DNA of 63,136 nt, the filler included, from Octopus bimaculoides (lineage: Eukaryota), in the NCBI RefSeq assembly GCF_001194135.2. It is 7 parts of 6 records of this genome, joined end to end, with 100 filler letters (N's around TTAATTAATTAA, not from the genome) between each part and the next. Parts side by side here need not be neighbours in the genome. Positions count along the whole stretch, not along the records: positions 1 to 11,207 come from NC_068987.1; positions 11,308 to 24,563 come from NC_068981.1; 5 more parts are not named here. One strand, given 5' to 3'. The notes beneath the pieces were generated by a model. It was not told the origin of the DNA. It ran no database searches and saw nothing but the letters and a program-made list of their open reading frames with translations. The first letter of the stretch is position 1. The number at the start of each line of letters is the position of its first letter. A program made the position numbers and the translations under genes. Of the stretch, positions 1 to 11,656 are shown one piece after another.

Positions 1-140
1 GTATCATATGAAAGTCCTCTCCCCACCCCCCGGTTCGTTTGCACAAATTTTGGTTTCCAGATTCGTTTACAACACACTTGTTACATCTATTACACTTGTT
101 TTGCTTTGTTTTGGTGGCTGGGTGTTAAACTAAATATTAA

Positions 141-2200
141 CCGTGTAGTACCTACAAAATCGGTCCAAAGGCGGGGTAGGGGAAACCATTGTGCATAGTG
201 CTCACAAAATAGATCAGAGGAGGGATGGGTAAAAAAAAAAAAACATTTTGTCGCAATTTTTTTTTTTGCTAAAAAGATGCTCCAGAGCATTTCCAAGGGC
301 ACCGTGAATAAAAAACTGAAAATTCCAATATGGTTAGACGTGAAAACTTGAGTGAAGATCAAATATCGAAAAGGATATTGGAATTAGATGACAAATGGGA
401 AGAAGATAGCAGTGATTCCTTCTATTGCTTTGAAGATGATGGTGAAAATGATTATGTGCTGGACGGTTTAGGTTCTGTGTCATCAGATGATGAAGATACT
501 CAAAAACAATTATCTACAAGCTACCCAATTATGATCGAGCAATATATTTCTAGAGACAGACAAGAAGTCTGGCATTCTAATCCTCTTACTCAAGTAGCAG
601 TAAGAACTTCATCTTGCAATATTGTGCACCAAGAATGTGGACCATCCCGTTTTGCTAAAGGGTCTTGCATAGCATTGAAACATGTTTTACTATCTTTATG
701 TGCCATGGACAAATGTTGAAGGTTAGGTTGTTTACAAATATAAATAGAAGGAAAATGATCACTCTGAACTATAGAAATTTATTGGACTGATTATTCTTAT
801 AGGTGATTATAAATCTAAACATGAAAATGTCAGTTATGGAGTCAAGAATATGGCCGCCCAATATTCAACGAAATTATGAGCCAGGAAGATTTCAACAGAT
901 TTTACAAGTATTGCATTTTGATGATGCTAGTGCAAGAAGAAAACATAGAAGTGATGATAAATTGGAACCCACAAGAGAAGTATTTGAAATGTAGAATCAG
1001 AATTTGCAAGATGGATATGTTCCAAGTTGATGCATGAAAACTGATGAAAAATTCCAGGTATATATTCCTTCAAAACCAGGGAAATATAGAATTAAAATTT
1101 GGGCAATATGCGACACTGAAACATCTTATGCCTGGAAAATGCAAATCTACACTGGAAAAGTCCCAGTAAAAGGCAGAGTGACAAATCAAGGTTCAAGAGT
1201 TGTTGAAGACCAGGTAAAAGAACTTGAAAATACTGGTCACAATATAATTTGTGATAATTATTTTACAAGTTTAGGATTGTCTTGAAAGCTGCTTAGCAAG
1301 AAAACTACTTTAGCTGGAACAATTAGAAAGAGCAGAGTTGAACTTCCAAGAGAAATCAACAGCACAATATTTGGATTTCAAAAGGATTCTATGACCCTAT
1401 CTTATTGTCCCAAGAAAAATTATGTAGTCATACTTATAAGTACAATGCACTCTCGGCCTTCAATTGATTCAAAAAGTGCTGAAAAGAAACCTGAAGTTAT
1501 TACATGTTACAACAAAACAAAAGGAGAGTAGATACCCTAGATAAGATAGTAAGGACATACACTTGCAAAAGAATGACTCGAAGATGGCCTATGGTTATAT
1601 TCTGCAACATGATTGATATAAGTGCAGTGAATGCTTTCATTGTTGCTAAACAGCTTCGCTTGCAAAGTTTCAAGGATAAAAGGAGACGGTGCTTAATTCA
1701 GTTAGGAAAGGAACTTGCTGGAGTTAATGCTAAGCAAGAACATTACAAACAATCTTCTAGTACTACTAACGTTTCTCAACCAAACAAGAAAAGAAGACGA
1801 TCTTCAATCTCATTTGAGATTCCTTAGCCAAAAAAAAAAAAGGAAGATGTTCTTTGTGTGTCCCCACCCTCACAAGAAAAAGACAGGAAAACTCGTACTA
1901 CACATAAGAATTATAATATCCATGTTTGCCAAGAACATTCCAATGTTGTCAGCATTCACTGTCATGAAGAGTGGTAATTCTGTAGTTTTGTAATTTTAAA
2001 AGTTTATAATATATTCTATAAGCTGTATCATTTTTTATTAAAATTTGTCAGAAACAGTAATTCTTCATACACCTGATAGCGTATGTAATGTAGCTAAGAA
2101 ATAGTGGTAGTTTGAATAAAATTTAATTAAAAGAAAAATATTGGGTCCATTGAACCCAGTTGATAATTAGTGACATATATTTTCTCTGGTAGACCAAGGG
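141..2200 (+). mobile_element. piggyBac-family DNA transposon, decayed transposase (PGBD4-like)
   Basis: Broken ORFs 330-1900 give an acidic N-terminus, WAICDTETSY..KMQIYTGK, ICDNYFTS, GTIRKSR, VDTLDK..RRWPMVIFCNMIDISAVNA and a Cys-rich tail. The right end is ...CCAAGGG|TTAA (TTAA 2201-2204). The probable left end TTAA|CCGT at 137-141 has only partial TIR similarity. Confidence 0.9.
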
Positions 2201-2275
2201 TTAAGAAGGTTATAAGGAAACAAATTACAGGCCAGAGCACTAAAGTATAGTGAAGTCAATAATTGTTTTACTTAC

Positions 2276-2464
2276 ACAGTTATGGCAAGTCCAGCTCTCT
2301 TCATTTATTTGACAAGGATCCATGTCAAGCAAAGTATCATTGCATGTTTCTACATAATATTTGTTGAGGCAAATTTTGTGGAACACTAAGTCACAGACCT
2401 TACAAGGATGATTTTCATTTCCCGTATACACTCCACAATAACTACACACAACATCAGCAGATCC
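2276..2464 (-). CDS. PHF24: PHD-finger exon of a PHF24 (KIAA1045/GINIP)-like gene
   Basis: 189-nt phase 0/0 exon bounded by ctccag| and |gtaagt. Encodes GSADVVCSYCGVYTGNENHPCKVCDLVFHKICL...WTCHNC, which matches human PHF24 as recalled ([27 protein letters not shown]...WSCHYC). Confidence 0.8.
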
Positions 2465-2583
2465 CTGGAGAATTTAAAATACAAATACGTGTTGATTTCT
2501 TATCATAATATTTTTTTTTTAAATCTATCATTGGGAGCGGTATATCGATAGCTTTCGAAGATTTCCTATCCAATGGTTTAAAT

Positions 2584-2854
2584 CAGGGGTTCCCAACTGG
2601 GGTCCACAAGTAAAAAATTGTAATTTTTGGGTCCATATATAAATTTTGTTTACTAGAAGTACCTGTATTTATTGAAATTTCAAGATTTGTATTTGGAATT
2701 TATGTTAGGAATATAACGAAATTGTTTCATTGTTAGTTTTCACTAACCTACAAACAAATATTTTATTTCAAATATTTACATTTGCATATATGGGGTCTTC
2801 AGATGACAAGATAGCTTTCATGGGGCACAAACAAAATATGGCTGGGAACCCCTG
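2584..2854. mobile_element. hAT (Charlie/Buster-type) MITE
   Basis: TIRs CAGGGGTTCCCA / TGGGAACCCCTG. Near-perfect 8-bp TSD gtttaaat / atttaaat. Confidence 0.85.
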
Positions 2855-3787
2855 ATTTAAATGAAACATGTAACATTGACTAGAAGTTCTCTGAATCTAG
2901 TTTACGACCTTGTTTCGATTCCTAGTAGAAACTATTTCACTAATAGCTTTAAGAAAGACATAAACACTATTATTTTCCTAGAAATCTTAGGTTCCATGCC
3001 TGTGTAAAAAATAATTATAATTAGTTTATAAGGAAACAGATTGGTAACAAACGACTGGTTTCATTACATTATAAGAATATTTGGCAACACTTCTGTCAAA
3101 TTACAAATTAATAATTTTATAACTGTAATGAACCTGCTCTTACTAATTTATTTATTAATCTATTTTTCTTTCAAGATGTTGCTCTGAGAAAAAAATTTGA
3201 TCGCACAATTGAAAGAAATGCTATTTGTACTTTCACCTTTGCTAGGAGACTATTTCATTGCATTGAATGAACTTCTTGAATGGAAGTTTTTTGCAAGCTG
3301 GGAAGAAAAGTATATAATTTGTCAAAAGAACGAAATTCTTTGCTATTACACTGAAGTTCTAAGTTTTAATCATCTGTAGACGATCATCACTTGGAAAATT
3401 TGTTCAGTCATTAACATCTGGCAGATGATAGAAATAAAGGCGAAAATAGATATGGTGTTACAAATATATGAGTGAGACTTTTAATTTACGTTCCTTATTT
3501 TCCTAAACAGAATATCAGGAATTCTTTCCAGAATGTTGTAAGCAAGAAACTAGTATCATATCCTAGGGCGATTTGTCTCTCATTTGCTTAATACGACTAA
3601 ATCTGATCTGATCGATTTTTGCAACTAGTAAAATATTTATCAGTTTATAGAACAAGCTGGCAACTATTCAGTATTCTCTATATGAAGGTCTGATCTAATA
3701 GTTTCCAACATATGCCTTTCAGTAAAGCTACTTGTATTTATATGTTGGTGAAAATTATTAGAACAAAAAACTGACATTTCCTATCTT

Positions 3788-3855
<68 letters not shown>

Positions 3856-3965
3856 TTTGGCTATCCTTCTTACTCTAATTTACAACTTTCAAGTGAGAAT
3901 CATTTTCCCCATTCCCTCGCACTCAGCTTAAAATATTTTTATATAAATGAACTCTGTTACTTAAC

Positions 3966-4208
3966 TCTTTTCGCTGGAAAATAAGGTATATTGTTTGGTT
4001 CGTTTGGTAAATCAGCATTCCGTAGGCGTTCGATTTTGGTCAAATTACTGGAACCTCTTGAGGCTGGACGTATATAGTCAGGACAAGTCAGAAATTGATC
4101 AGTAGTTGGCATGTCACTTTTTGTACGTCGGTGTCGAGAAGATTTGCGATTAAAATGTCTTTCCCTTGAAGAGAAAGAACGAGTAAGTTTGGTTGAACTG
4201 CCTCCCAT
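3966..4208 (-). CDS. PHF24: First coding exon of the PHF24-like gene
   Basis: MGGSSTK... has an N-terminal Gly. FLTCPDYIRP resembles recalled human FTPPAFIRP. Acceptor tcttcctag| lies 20 nt upstream of the ATG. A phase-0 donor AGA|GTTAAG at 3966 joins the PHD exon in frame; the alternative donor AA|GTAACA at 3961 is phase 2. Confidence 0.7.
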
Positions 4209-5585
4209 AATGTGAATAAAATGGTAAACTAGGAAGATGATATCCTGTTTCTTTTAACTTGATGTGTGTGTGTGCTTAAAGTATGTATATATTTTGGAGT
4301 ATATACTTGTATGTATATATAATAGAATTAGATGATTTTTTTTTTTAAACTGTCAAAATAAAACATAAAAACACACTGATATAGTATGATCACAGTTGTT
4401 CACTTTTAGGAGCTTTGTCAAAGTCGCTCCCGACTCTGAATTTGTCGAAAATTCTTATTTTATCAATTTTCAAGTTCTTGCTGTAACTAAAGACAATAAT
4501 ATATTGTTTTGAAAATGATTTCAAGCAGTCTTGTATATTTGAGTGGGATATAAAATACGAAACAAAGTTGAAACATTCAGTCCAATATTCTAAAGTTAAG
4601 TGTTCATCGCGTTTGTTTCCATGAAAATTAAAATATTATCCATTTCTTTGGTGAATCATCAATTAAATAAAACCATTCAGTGTTTAAAAAATAGCATGTA
4701 AATTTCATTTCGGAGACTAGCTTGGGGAATAAAACCGATTAAAATAAATGTATGTTGAAAAGAAATGTACAATACCGTCTATAAAATGAAGTAGTAAAAG
4801 GATATCCTTATTTACAAGAGCAAAATATTTCAACAGGATACAAAATTGATTGTTTTAGGAAACGAGATGTTCACACCAAATTGTTTCAAATCTTATAAAG
4901 TTATTACAGTGCAACAAGCCCACTATAATACGAAAGGCACAAAACATTTNNNNNNNNNNNNNNNNNNNNNNNNNNNNNNNNNNNNNNNNNNNNNNNNNNN
5001 NNNNNNNNNNNNNNNNNNNNNNNNNNNNNNNNNNNNNNNNNNNNNNNNNNNNNNNNNNNNNNNNNNNNNNNNNNNNNNNNNNNNNNNNNNNNNNNNNNNN
5101 NNNNNNNNNNNNNNNNNNNNNNNNNNNNNNNNNNNNNNNNNNNNNNNNNNNNNNNNNNNNNNNNNNNNNNNNNNNNNNNNNNNNNNNNNNNNNNNNNNNN
5201 NNNNNNNNNNNNNNNNNNNNNNNNNNNNNNNNNNNNNNNNNNNNNNNNNNNNNNNNNNNNNNNNNNNNNNNNNNNNNNNNNNNNNNNNNNNNNNNNNNNN
5301 NNNNNNNNNNNNNNNNNNNNNNNNNNNNNNNNNNNNNNNNNNNNNNNNNNNNNNNNNNNNNNNNNNNNNNNNNNNNNNNNNNNNNNNNNNNNNNNNNNNN
5401 NNNNNNNNNNNNNNNNNNNNNNNNNNNNNNNNNNNNNNNNNNNNNNNNNNNNNNNNNNNNNNNNNNNNNNNNNNNNNNNNNNNNNNNNNNNNNNNNNNNN
5501 NNNNNNNNNNNNNNNNNNNNNNNNNNNNNNNNNNNNNNNNNNNNNNNNNNNNNNNNNNNNNNNNNNNNNNNNNNNNNNNNNNNNN

Positions 5586-5952
5586 CATAACTTTTAGGAA
5601 AATGAGCTTTTTTCAATGAAATTTGATATAAATACCTTTGAAACGGTATACATTACGACTCTAAAGTAATTTGTGGGGAAAATCTTGAGGTGGGGAGAGG
5701 ACTTTCGGAAAATTTCCAAGATCCGAATTTTTCTTCGTTATATTCCGAAATCACATTCAACTTTCTACAGATACCCTAGCGTAGTACTACTACTACACTA
5801 CGTAGTGTTTATTTCTACCCATTTTTAACCCTTTCGTCGTTATTCTCATTCACTCGTCATTACTTTCTCTCTCTCTCTCTCTCTCTCTATCTATATATAT
5901 ATAGAGCAATAGATATATATATATTATATATTTACATATATTATATCCATAC

Positions 5953-5983
<31 letters not shown>

Positions 5984-6390
5984 CATAAACACACACACAT
6001 ATATATACACACATATATATGCACACACATATATATATACATACATATACACACACATATACATATATATACACACACTCACTCACACACACACACACAT
6101 ATAGTTATGAGGGAAAAACTTGGATCTTGTGAATTTTCCGATGTCCTCTCCCCACCCTCCCGTTGCTTTTTGCACAATTTTTTTTTTTTCATATCTGTTT
6201 CCAACACATTGTTTTACACCCATTCCAGTATTTTGGGGGGATTTTCATTTCCGGGTCAAGATGTAGTAAACAATAACCAAAGTTTCAATTTCATTTATTT
6301 TTACCTATATAACATATTCAGCTTGGGATCCGGACAAAAGCCACAAGGTTATATTTTTCGGTTATTTTTAGTTATTTAGAATTTTTAGTT
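5586..6390. repeat. Unclassified interspersed repeat: two opposite-orientation copies around a (CT)n/(TA)n/(CA)n microsatellite; third copy at 1-90
   Basis: Shared core ggatcttg(g/t)aattttccga.gtcctctccccacc at 5695-5730 (-) and 6120-6160 (+); its aagtcctctccccacc half recurs at 12-30 (+). Confidence 0.6.
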
Positions 6391-6420
6391 GAACGTATCG
6401 ACCCTAGAATATATTTCTTT

Positions 6421-6715
6421 TTTACTTGCTTTTTACCTTTTACTTGTTTCAGTCATTAGATTGTGGCCATGATGGGGTACTGCCTTGAAGAATTTTTAGT
6501 TGAACGTATCGATCCCAGAATTTTTTTTTTTACTTGTTGCAATTATTAGATTGCGGCTGGCCAGGCTGGGGCACCACCTTGAAGAATTTTTAGATGGCTG
6601 TGATATATTTCGTTTATTTTTGTTTCCTTTTTACTAGTTGCTGTCATTAGACTGCGGCCAAGCTGGGGCACCACCTTGAGAAATTTTTAGTCGAATATAT
6701 CGACCCCAGAATTTT
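6421..6715 (-). repeat. Three tandem copies of a SINE 3' tail
   Basis: About 95-bp units, tttacttgtt..cagtcattaga.tg.ggcca.g.tgggg.ac..ccttgaagaatttttag, similar to the reverse complement of the tail of the long SINE at 56901-57292. Confidence 0.65.
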
Positions 6716-7086
6716 TTTCAATGATTTTCAACCAGCGCATGGAGTTAAGCCTAGAAGGTTTCTCCACATGCTAGTAATAGCCAAATGTTAAAAAAAAATT
6801 ATAATTTCACGTAAACAAAAACGGAAATCACGGTTGTAAAAAAAGGAATTTATTTTCCAAAATTCCAATTTTTAAGGGATCTAGTCTTTCTTATTTGCAA
6901 AACGAGCTCCTCTTAATTTTGCTTAGATCGCTTTCAATTTTGGTGTATTGATGCAACTCTGAATTTGGATTACGATCAACCAATTACTTTATCTTGTAAA
7001 TTAAAGAATCTGATGTTATCTGGCATTAAAGTTAGGAAATTCGGGTAATTTTAGCCAATCAACAGACAGCGTGACATTAGCAGCTT

Positions 7087-7108
7087 GTTACCATGACAAC
7101 CACACGTG
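7087..7108. promoter_or_regulatory. RFX X-box-like palindrome with adjacent E-box
   Basis: GTTACCATGACAAC at 7087-7100, CACGTG immediately after, and CCAAT about 30 bp upstream. It may be carried by a transposon. Confidence 0.3.
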
Positions 7109-8534
7109 GCGTTGTGGTTCTTTTCACCCGCATATTTTGTTTTAATTTTTCTGTCAGTATATTACATATTTTTCTATGCTTCTGTGTGTTAGTATTTTTC
7201 TGTCGTTCTTTTGTGTTAGTATTTTTCTGTATGTTAGTATTTTAAATACTAAGCCGGCCCCCAACTTGGTTGGCTATCTATACCTGTTTATATTATTGAG
7301 CACAAACTTGCACGAAGTACAAACGTTTGCGTGTTGTTTAATATACGTCTCAGGAAAAACAGCCTTCTTATATTCAATCAGCGGCAGAGGTAAAGATCAT
7401 GGTGTTATTTTTATCTTTTTTTTTCCTACAAAATGAAACTTGAAAGAGCATTTACAAAAAATATGAGTACTGAAATAACAGCCAAATCTCCAACAAACTC
7501 TCTTGACACACACCCACACACATCTGTATGTAATGCACATACAACACGAATTCGTTGTAAATATCAAAGAAAAAGTATACATACAGATACAGGCCGAAAT
7601 TCTTTACCTTGCATGCTTTACATACAAACTGTTATGCTATTACACTAACCTACCCGTCGTGGTATGGCAACACATAAAGTAACGGTAAATAAACTTTTCT
7701 TATAAAAATGTTGATCATCTTCATCTTATAACCAGTACAATTGGTAAATAATACTTATCATTACAATGGGTGACACATCGACTACACAACACAAAAACAT
7801 CAACCGTTACATATATATTGTTCATGGTAGAAAATATTTATAAGTTGTTGAAATATAGTTTTCTTTATCGTGCGCATGTGAAAATCAAACAAACTCATGA
7901 GTGACCTCTTCTCTCCACTTTTTACTTCTTCCATCCAAAATAATTTTTTCCCACCCACCGAGAAATTAAGTTTGGAAATAAATGTGTGTGGGGGTGTATT
8001 TCTTCCAACATAACATTGACTTTTTAACATTTGGGTTCTTGAAATATTTCTTATTACCTTCATTTTTTTAAAAGTATTTTTATTGCAAATTAAGGTGACT
8101 TCTCCCAACATTAATTATTGTAAATATAATCAGTGATTCAGCATTAAAGGTGCATTGCTAATTAAGAGCATTTCGCAAAAAGATATTATAAGATACAGGT
8201 ATTCTTTTTCTTTGGACAAATTCTTTGGACCAGAGTTATTATCGTAGTTTACAAATCCAAGCATGAAAACTTTACTCAACTTCACACACACACACACATA
8301 TATATATTAATGATGTACACAAATACATGACAGGTAATCATAATACTAAAATATACATAAACTAAACACATGCAGACAAATATATTAATATTACAAATTA
8401 AAAAAATATATTAAAACCATTCAATCAATGAAGAGATAAAAGAAACAGTAAGATGATACATGTTGATTTTATTAGGTATTTCTGTTTATTTAGAAACCTA
8501 CAACGAACAGGTCAGATGCTAAACTCTAAATTTC

Positions 8535-9630
8535 ACAGGGTACTTAAAGTTGACACCGCTCCGCTAAACAGAAAATTTCTGTCTCGCTATTGGCTAAAAA
8601 CACAGTCTTTTTCGAATTTTAAGCCTCTGTAACTTTTCTCTCTATTTTTTTTTTCTCCACAACATCAAACTTTCAAAGCAATGAGACTGGAAGGCTACAT
8701 TATTATAGTTGATTTTCAGATTTTTTACTGTCTTTTAAAAAATCCATATCTTTGCGAATGAAAAAAACTAGATCCATTTTTAAGTAAACAAAATATATTC
8801 AATCGAAAATAAATAAGTAGAATAAAATAACTGAACACAAAACTCTTTACTACTCAATGTACATATTGTCTTAATTCTAACTAAAGGGAAAGCATTTACT
8901 TCAAGAAATGTGTAGAAACATAAAAACGATAAGAAGTACGTTTGAATGACTAGACCATAGCTTCCCAAAGTAGGCGATTTTCTAAAAAATAGTGGGCGAT
9001 TTGAGATTTTGATGGGCGATATGAACATTTTGTGGGTGACAATGAATTTTTAGAAATTAAGTCTGCATTTACTGTTATCTAGGTATGCCTAGAATAAGGA
9101 TGCACTTTTATGGATTTGTCTACCCGCATAAAACGTCCCTTTGTATTAAAAAAGCGGACTTGTTTATTGATCGAATATTTTCGTCGCAGTCATTGAGATG
9201 GTTGTCATGTGTGCTAAAATAGGCCTAAATCACACTCCACCACAATTTTTTCTTTTGGCATAATCGTATGAAGTCCCGCGTATAGAATTCAAATTTTCAA
9301 AAGTTTTCTGAAAACTCTGAACAACAAAAAAAGTTATGAGCGGCTATATGTCATGCATAATTCTGTGGTTTCATGCCAAAACAGAAGTGCTATTTTCAGG
9401 ATGTTGACAAAATGTGCAGTCACGCACAAAATGACAGCTTTGAAATCGTGTTTCTTGACTGGGTGAAAATGATCAAACTTTAAACCTCTATAACTTTTTA
9501 AAAACATTTTTCCGGAAAAAGTTGAATAACTCCAGCAACTTAGCTTGGAAAGGTACATTAATGTGCTAGATTCTAAAATTTTCGATAAACTTTAATTTTT
9601 GAAATGCTGGCAGCCAAACGAACTAGATCC
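8535..9630 (-). mobile_element. Two related non-autonomous DNA-transposon remnants (Kolobok-like?), also related to 6875-7080
   Basis: Shared ggatctagt-type terminus (rc near 8770 and 9625; + near 6877) and shared aaagtta(c/t)agagg(c/t)ttaaa and ttagccaat motifs. The superfamily assignment is tentative. Confidence 0.4.
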
Positions 9631-9834
9631 AAATTTGCTCCAGTAAAGACGTGTCATCTGACTGCTCTATTTACTTTTTCTTCTCTTTGGGAATACCATA
9701 TTGCCTTTCTGATGCCGTCTATAGAAATTCGTTTTCCCATTTTCACTTCACTGATGCCTCCAATCTAGAAAATTTGTCGACAGTACAGTAGTGATTATTT
9801 ATCGTTTGGATTTATTCTCTCTCCTCAGAACTGT

Positions 9835-10850
9835 CAGTTACCAAAATGCCTTCTTTGCCATCAAACATTGACCAACGAAGCAATGAAACCTTCACGCTTG
9901 AAGCATCACTTTGATGCAAAGCATTCTGACAAGAAGGACAAGCCGTTATCACACTTTTTGCAACTGAACTCCTCTTTCAAAAAGCAAGTACAAACATTCA
10001 ACACGCTACTCCAGGAAACTAGTAAACAGGAGAATGATGAGTTGTTTGCATCGTACAACATTGCATCGCTTGTTGCTAAGTCTGGGAAGTCTCACACAAT
10101 TGGAGAAACATTACTTTGCCCGGTTATCGAAGAGGTTTTGTCAGCCGTTATGCACGAAAAACCTGATAACATTATGAAGGAGATCCCACTTAGTAATAAC
10201 ACAAATTTCTTGACACATCGATGAAATGGCCAACGATGTCAAGCATCAACTCATTGATATTCTCCAGCATTCTGAATTTTCTATACAAGTAGGTGAGTCA
10301 ACTGTCGTGGACAATCAATGTTTGATGATGGTATATGTCCGATATTTTAGCGAAGACCTTCAACCTTGTGAGGAAATGCTGTTCACAGAGAAATCGCTGC
10401 TTGATTCAAAAGGTGCAACTATTTTTCACACTCTCAAGTCTTCCCTAATATATCATAATATCTCAGTAATATTTTTGCCTGTGCATCTGATGGAGTCCTT
10501 TCGATGATAGGAAGATACAGAAGTTTTTCATTTCTCCTAAAGCGTGCGCCAGATACTAACTGTTCATTGCTTAGCACACCGGCAGCATTTAGTGGGAAAA
10601 ATACGAACAGTAGATTGAATGATGCTCTACAGTTAGTTACCAAGACTGAACAAATTGAAGTCCAGTCCCTAGTCCGATTGAATTTTCCGTCAACTCTGTC
10701 TGAGAGATAATGGGGACCATATTAAACTCTTATACCATACCGAAGTGCGGTGGCTGTCAAAAGGAAAATGTGTTTTACGCCTTGTTAAACTGTTTTATAT
10801 AATCATATCTTTCTTTGAAGATATTCCATTGATGGCTGCAAGGTATTGTA
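9835..10850 (+). pseudogene. hAT Buster/SPIN-type (ZBED8/SCAND3-like) transposase remnant
   Basis: QLPKCLLCHQTLTNEAMKPSRLKHHF (BED finger), SYNIASLVAKSGKSHTIGETL, IPLSNNT, FSIQVGEST, HTEVRWLSKG. Multiple frameshifts. Confidence 0.92.
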
Positions 10851-10859
10851 GTAACACCG

Positions 10860-10886
10860 TGCGCATGCGTAGTCTCACGCATGCGT
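10860..10886. promoter_or_regulatory. Tandem NRF1-like palindromes at the start of a GC/CpG-rich patch (putative promoter)
   Basis: TGCGCATGCGT (10860-10870) and ACGCATGCGT (10877-10886), followed by CpG-rich 10890-11050 in an AT-rich background. Confidence 0.4.
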
Positions 10887-10941
10887 GGAATTAAACAAGC
10901 AAGCGTTCCCGCTCAATTCACTCTTTCTCGGTCGGCCGGCC

Positions 10942-11096
10942 ATGAGCATGGACGTGTCAAGCAGTGTCTCCAACATTCCAACTCTGGAGACAGTCTCTTT
11001 CTTGCTGGCCAGCAATAGAGCATGGACTTACGCTCGACAGCTCGCTTACATCTACATAACAACGTCCCAACAACTATGCTCACACACACAGAAGCT
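10942..11096 (+). CDS. Candidate first coding exon of the unidentified plus-strand gene
   Basis: ggccggccATG, ORF MSMDVSSSVSNIPTLETVSFLLASNRAWTYARQL..., and a phase-2 donor CT|GTAACA compatible with the 13981 exon. Weak donor, and a scaffold join lies in between. Confidence 0.3.
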
Positions 11097-11207
11097 GTAA
11101 CAACAAGAGCTAAAGATGTATATATTTACCACCTGAATAAATGTTGTTTAAGTTGATAGTCTGGAGTTCAGTGTTCCGTTATATTCTTAATTTTATATAG
11201 GAAAGTC

Positions 11208-11307
11208 NNNNNNNNNNNNNNNNNNNNNNNNNNNNNNNNNNNNNNNNNNNNTTAATTAATTAANNNNNNNNNNNNNNNNNNNNNNNNNNNNNNNNNNNNN
11301 NNNNNNN
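11208..11307. other. Assembly join with artificial six-frame stop linker (also at 24608, 41057, 48167, 59598, 61304)
   Basis: N44-TTAATTAATTAA-N44 layout, repeated at each site. Confidence 0.95.
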
Positions 11308-11656
11308 ATTCTAGACCTTGCTTCCACACCTGAAACTTCTAGTGTAAATATTTATCATTTAATGAGAAGCAAAAAACTGCCCAGAAGGTGGTTTTCTGCT
11401 AGTGTTTTTAATAATGTGTAGATTGGCAAACAAACAAACAAAACATAACTGTTCTGAAATATTGCAAAATGTGTAAATTACTTCATAAATATTGAAATCT
11501 TTAAAATTGTTCATTTTGTCATTGATCTGGTCAATTCCAGTAAATTTGACTTCAGAATTATAGAAAAGATTTCACGTCTATGGGACGAAGCAGAAAGGTA
11601 TGTTAATACATTTGACTTTTTTTTTTTTTTGTAACTGAGTTGCTTGAACAGCCTTT

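Noticed and set aside
4846-5619. Long ORFs made of X (also at 18.3-19.9, 21.2, 31.6, 36.9, 45.1 and 52.6 kb)
   Set aside because: They are read-through of N gaps. Only the RT portion at 19583-19926 is real.
7433-7648. ORF MKLERAFTKNMSTE... as the first exon of the plus-strand gene
   Set aside because: No recognisable motif and no convincing phase-compatible link to later exons.
11252-11263. Recurrent TTAATTAATTAA islands inside N runs (six sites)
   Set aside because: Identical N44-12-N44 layout with stops in all six frames: an assembly linker, not a biological repeat.
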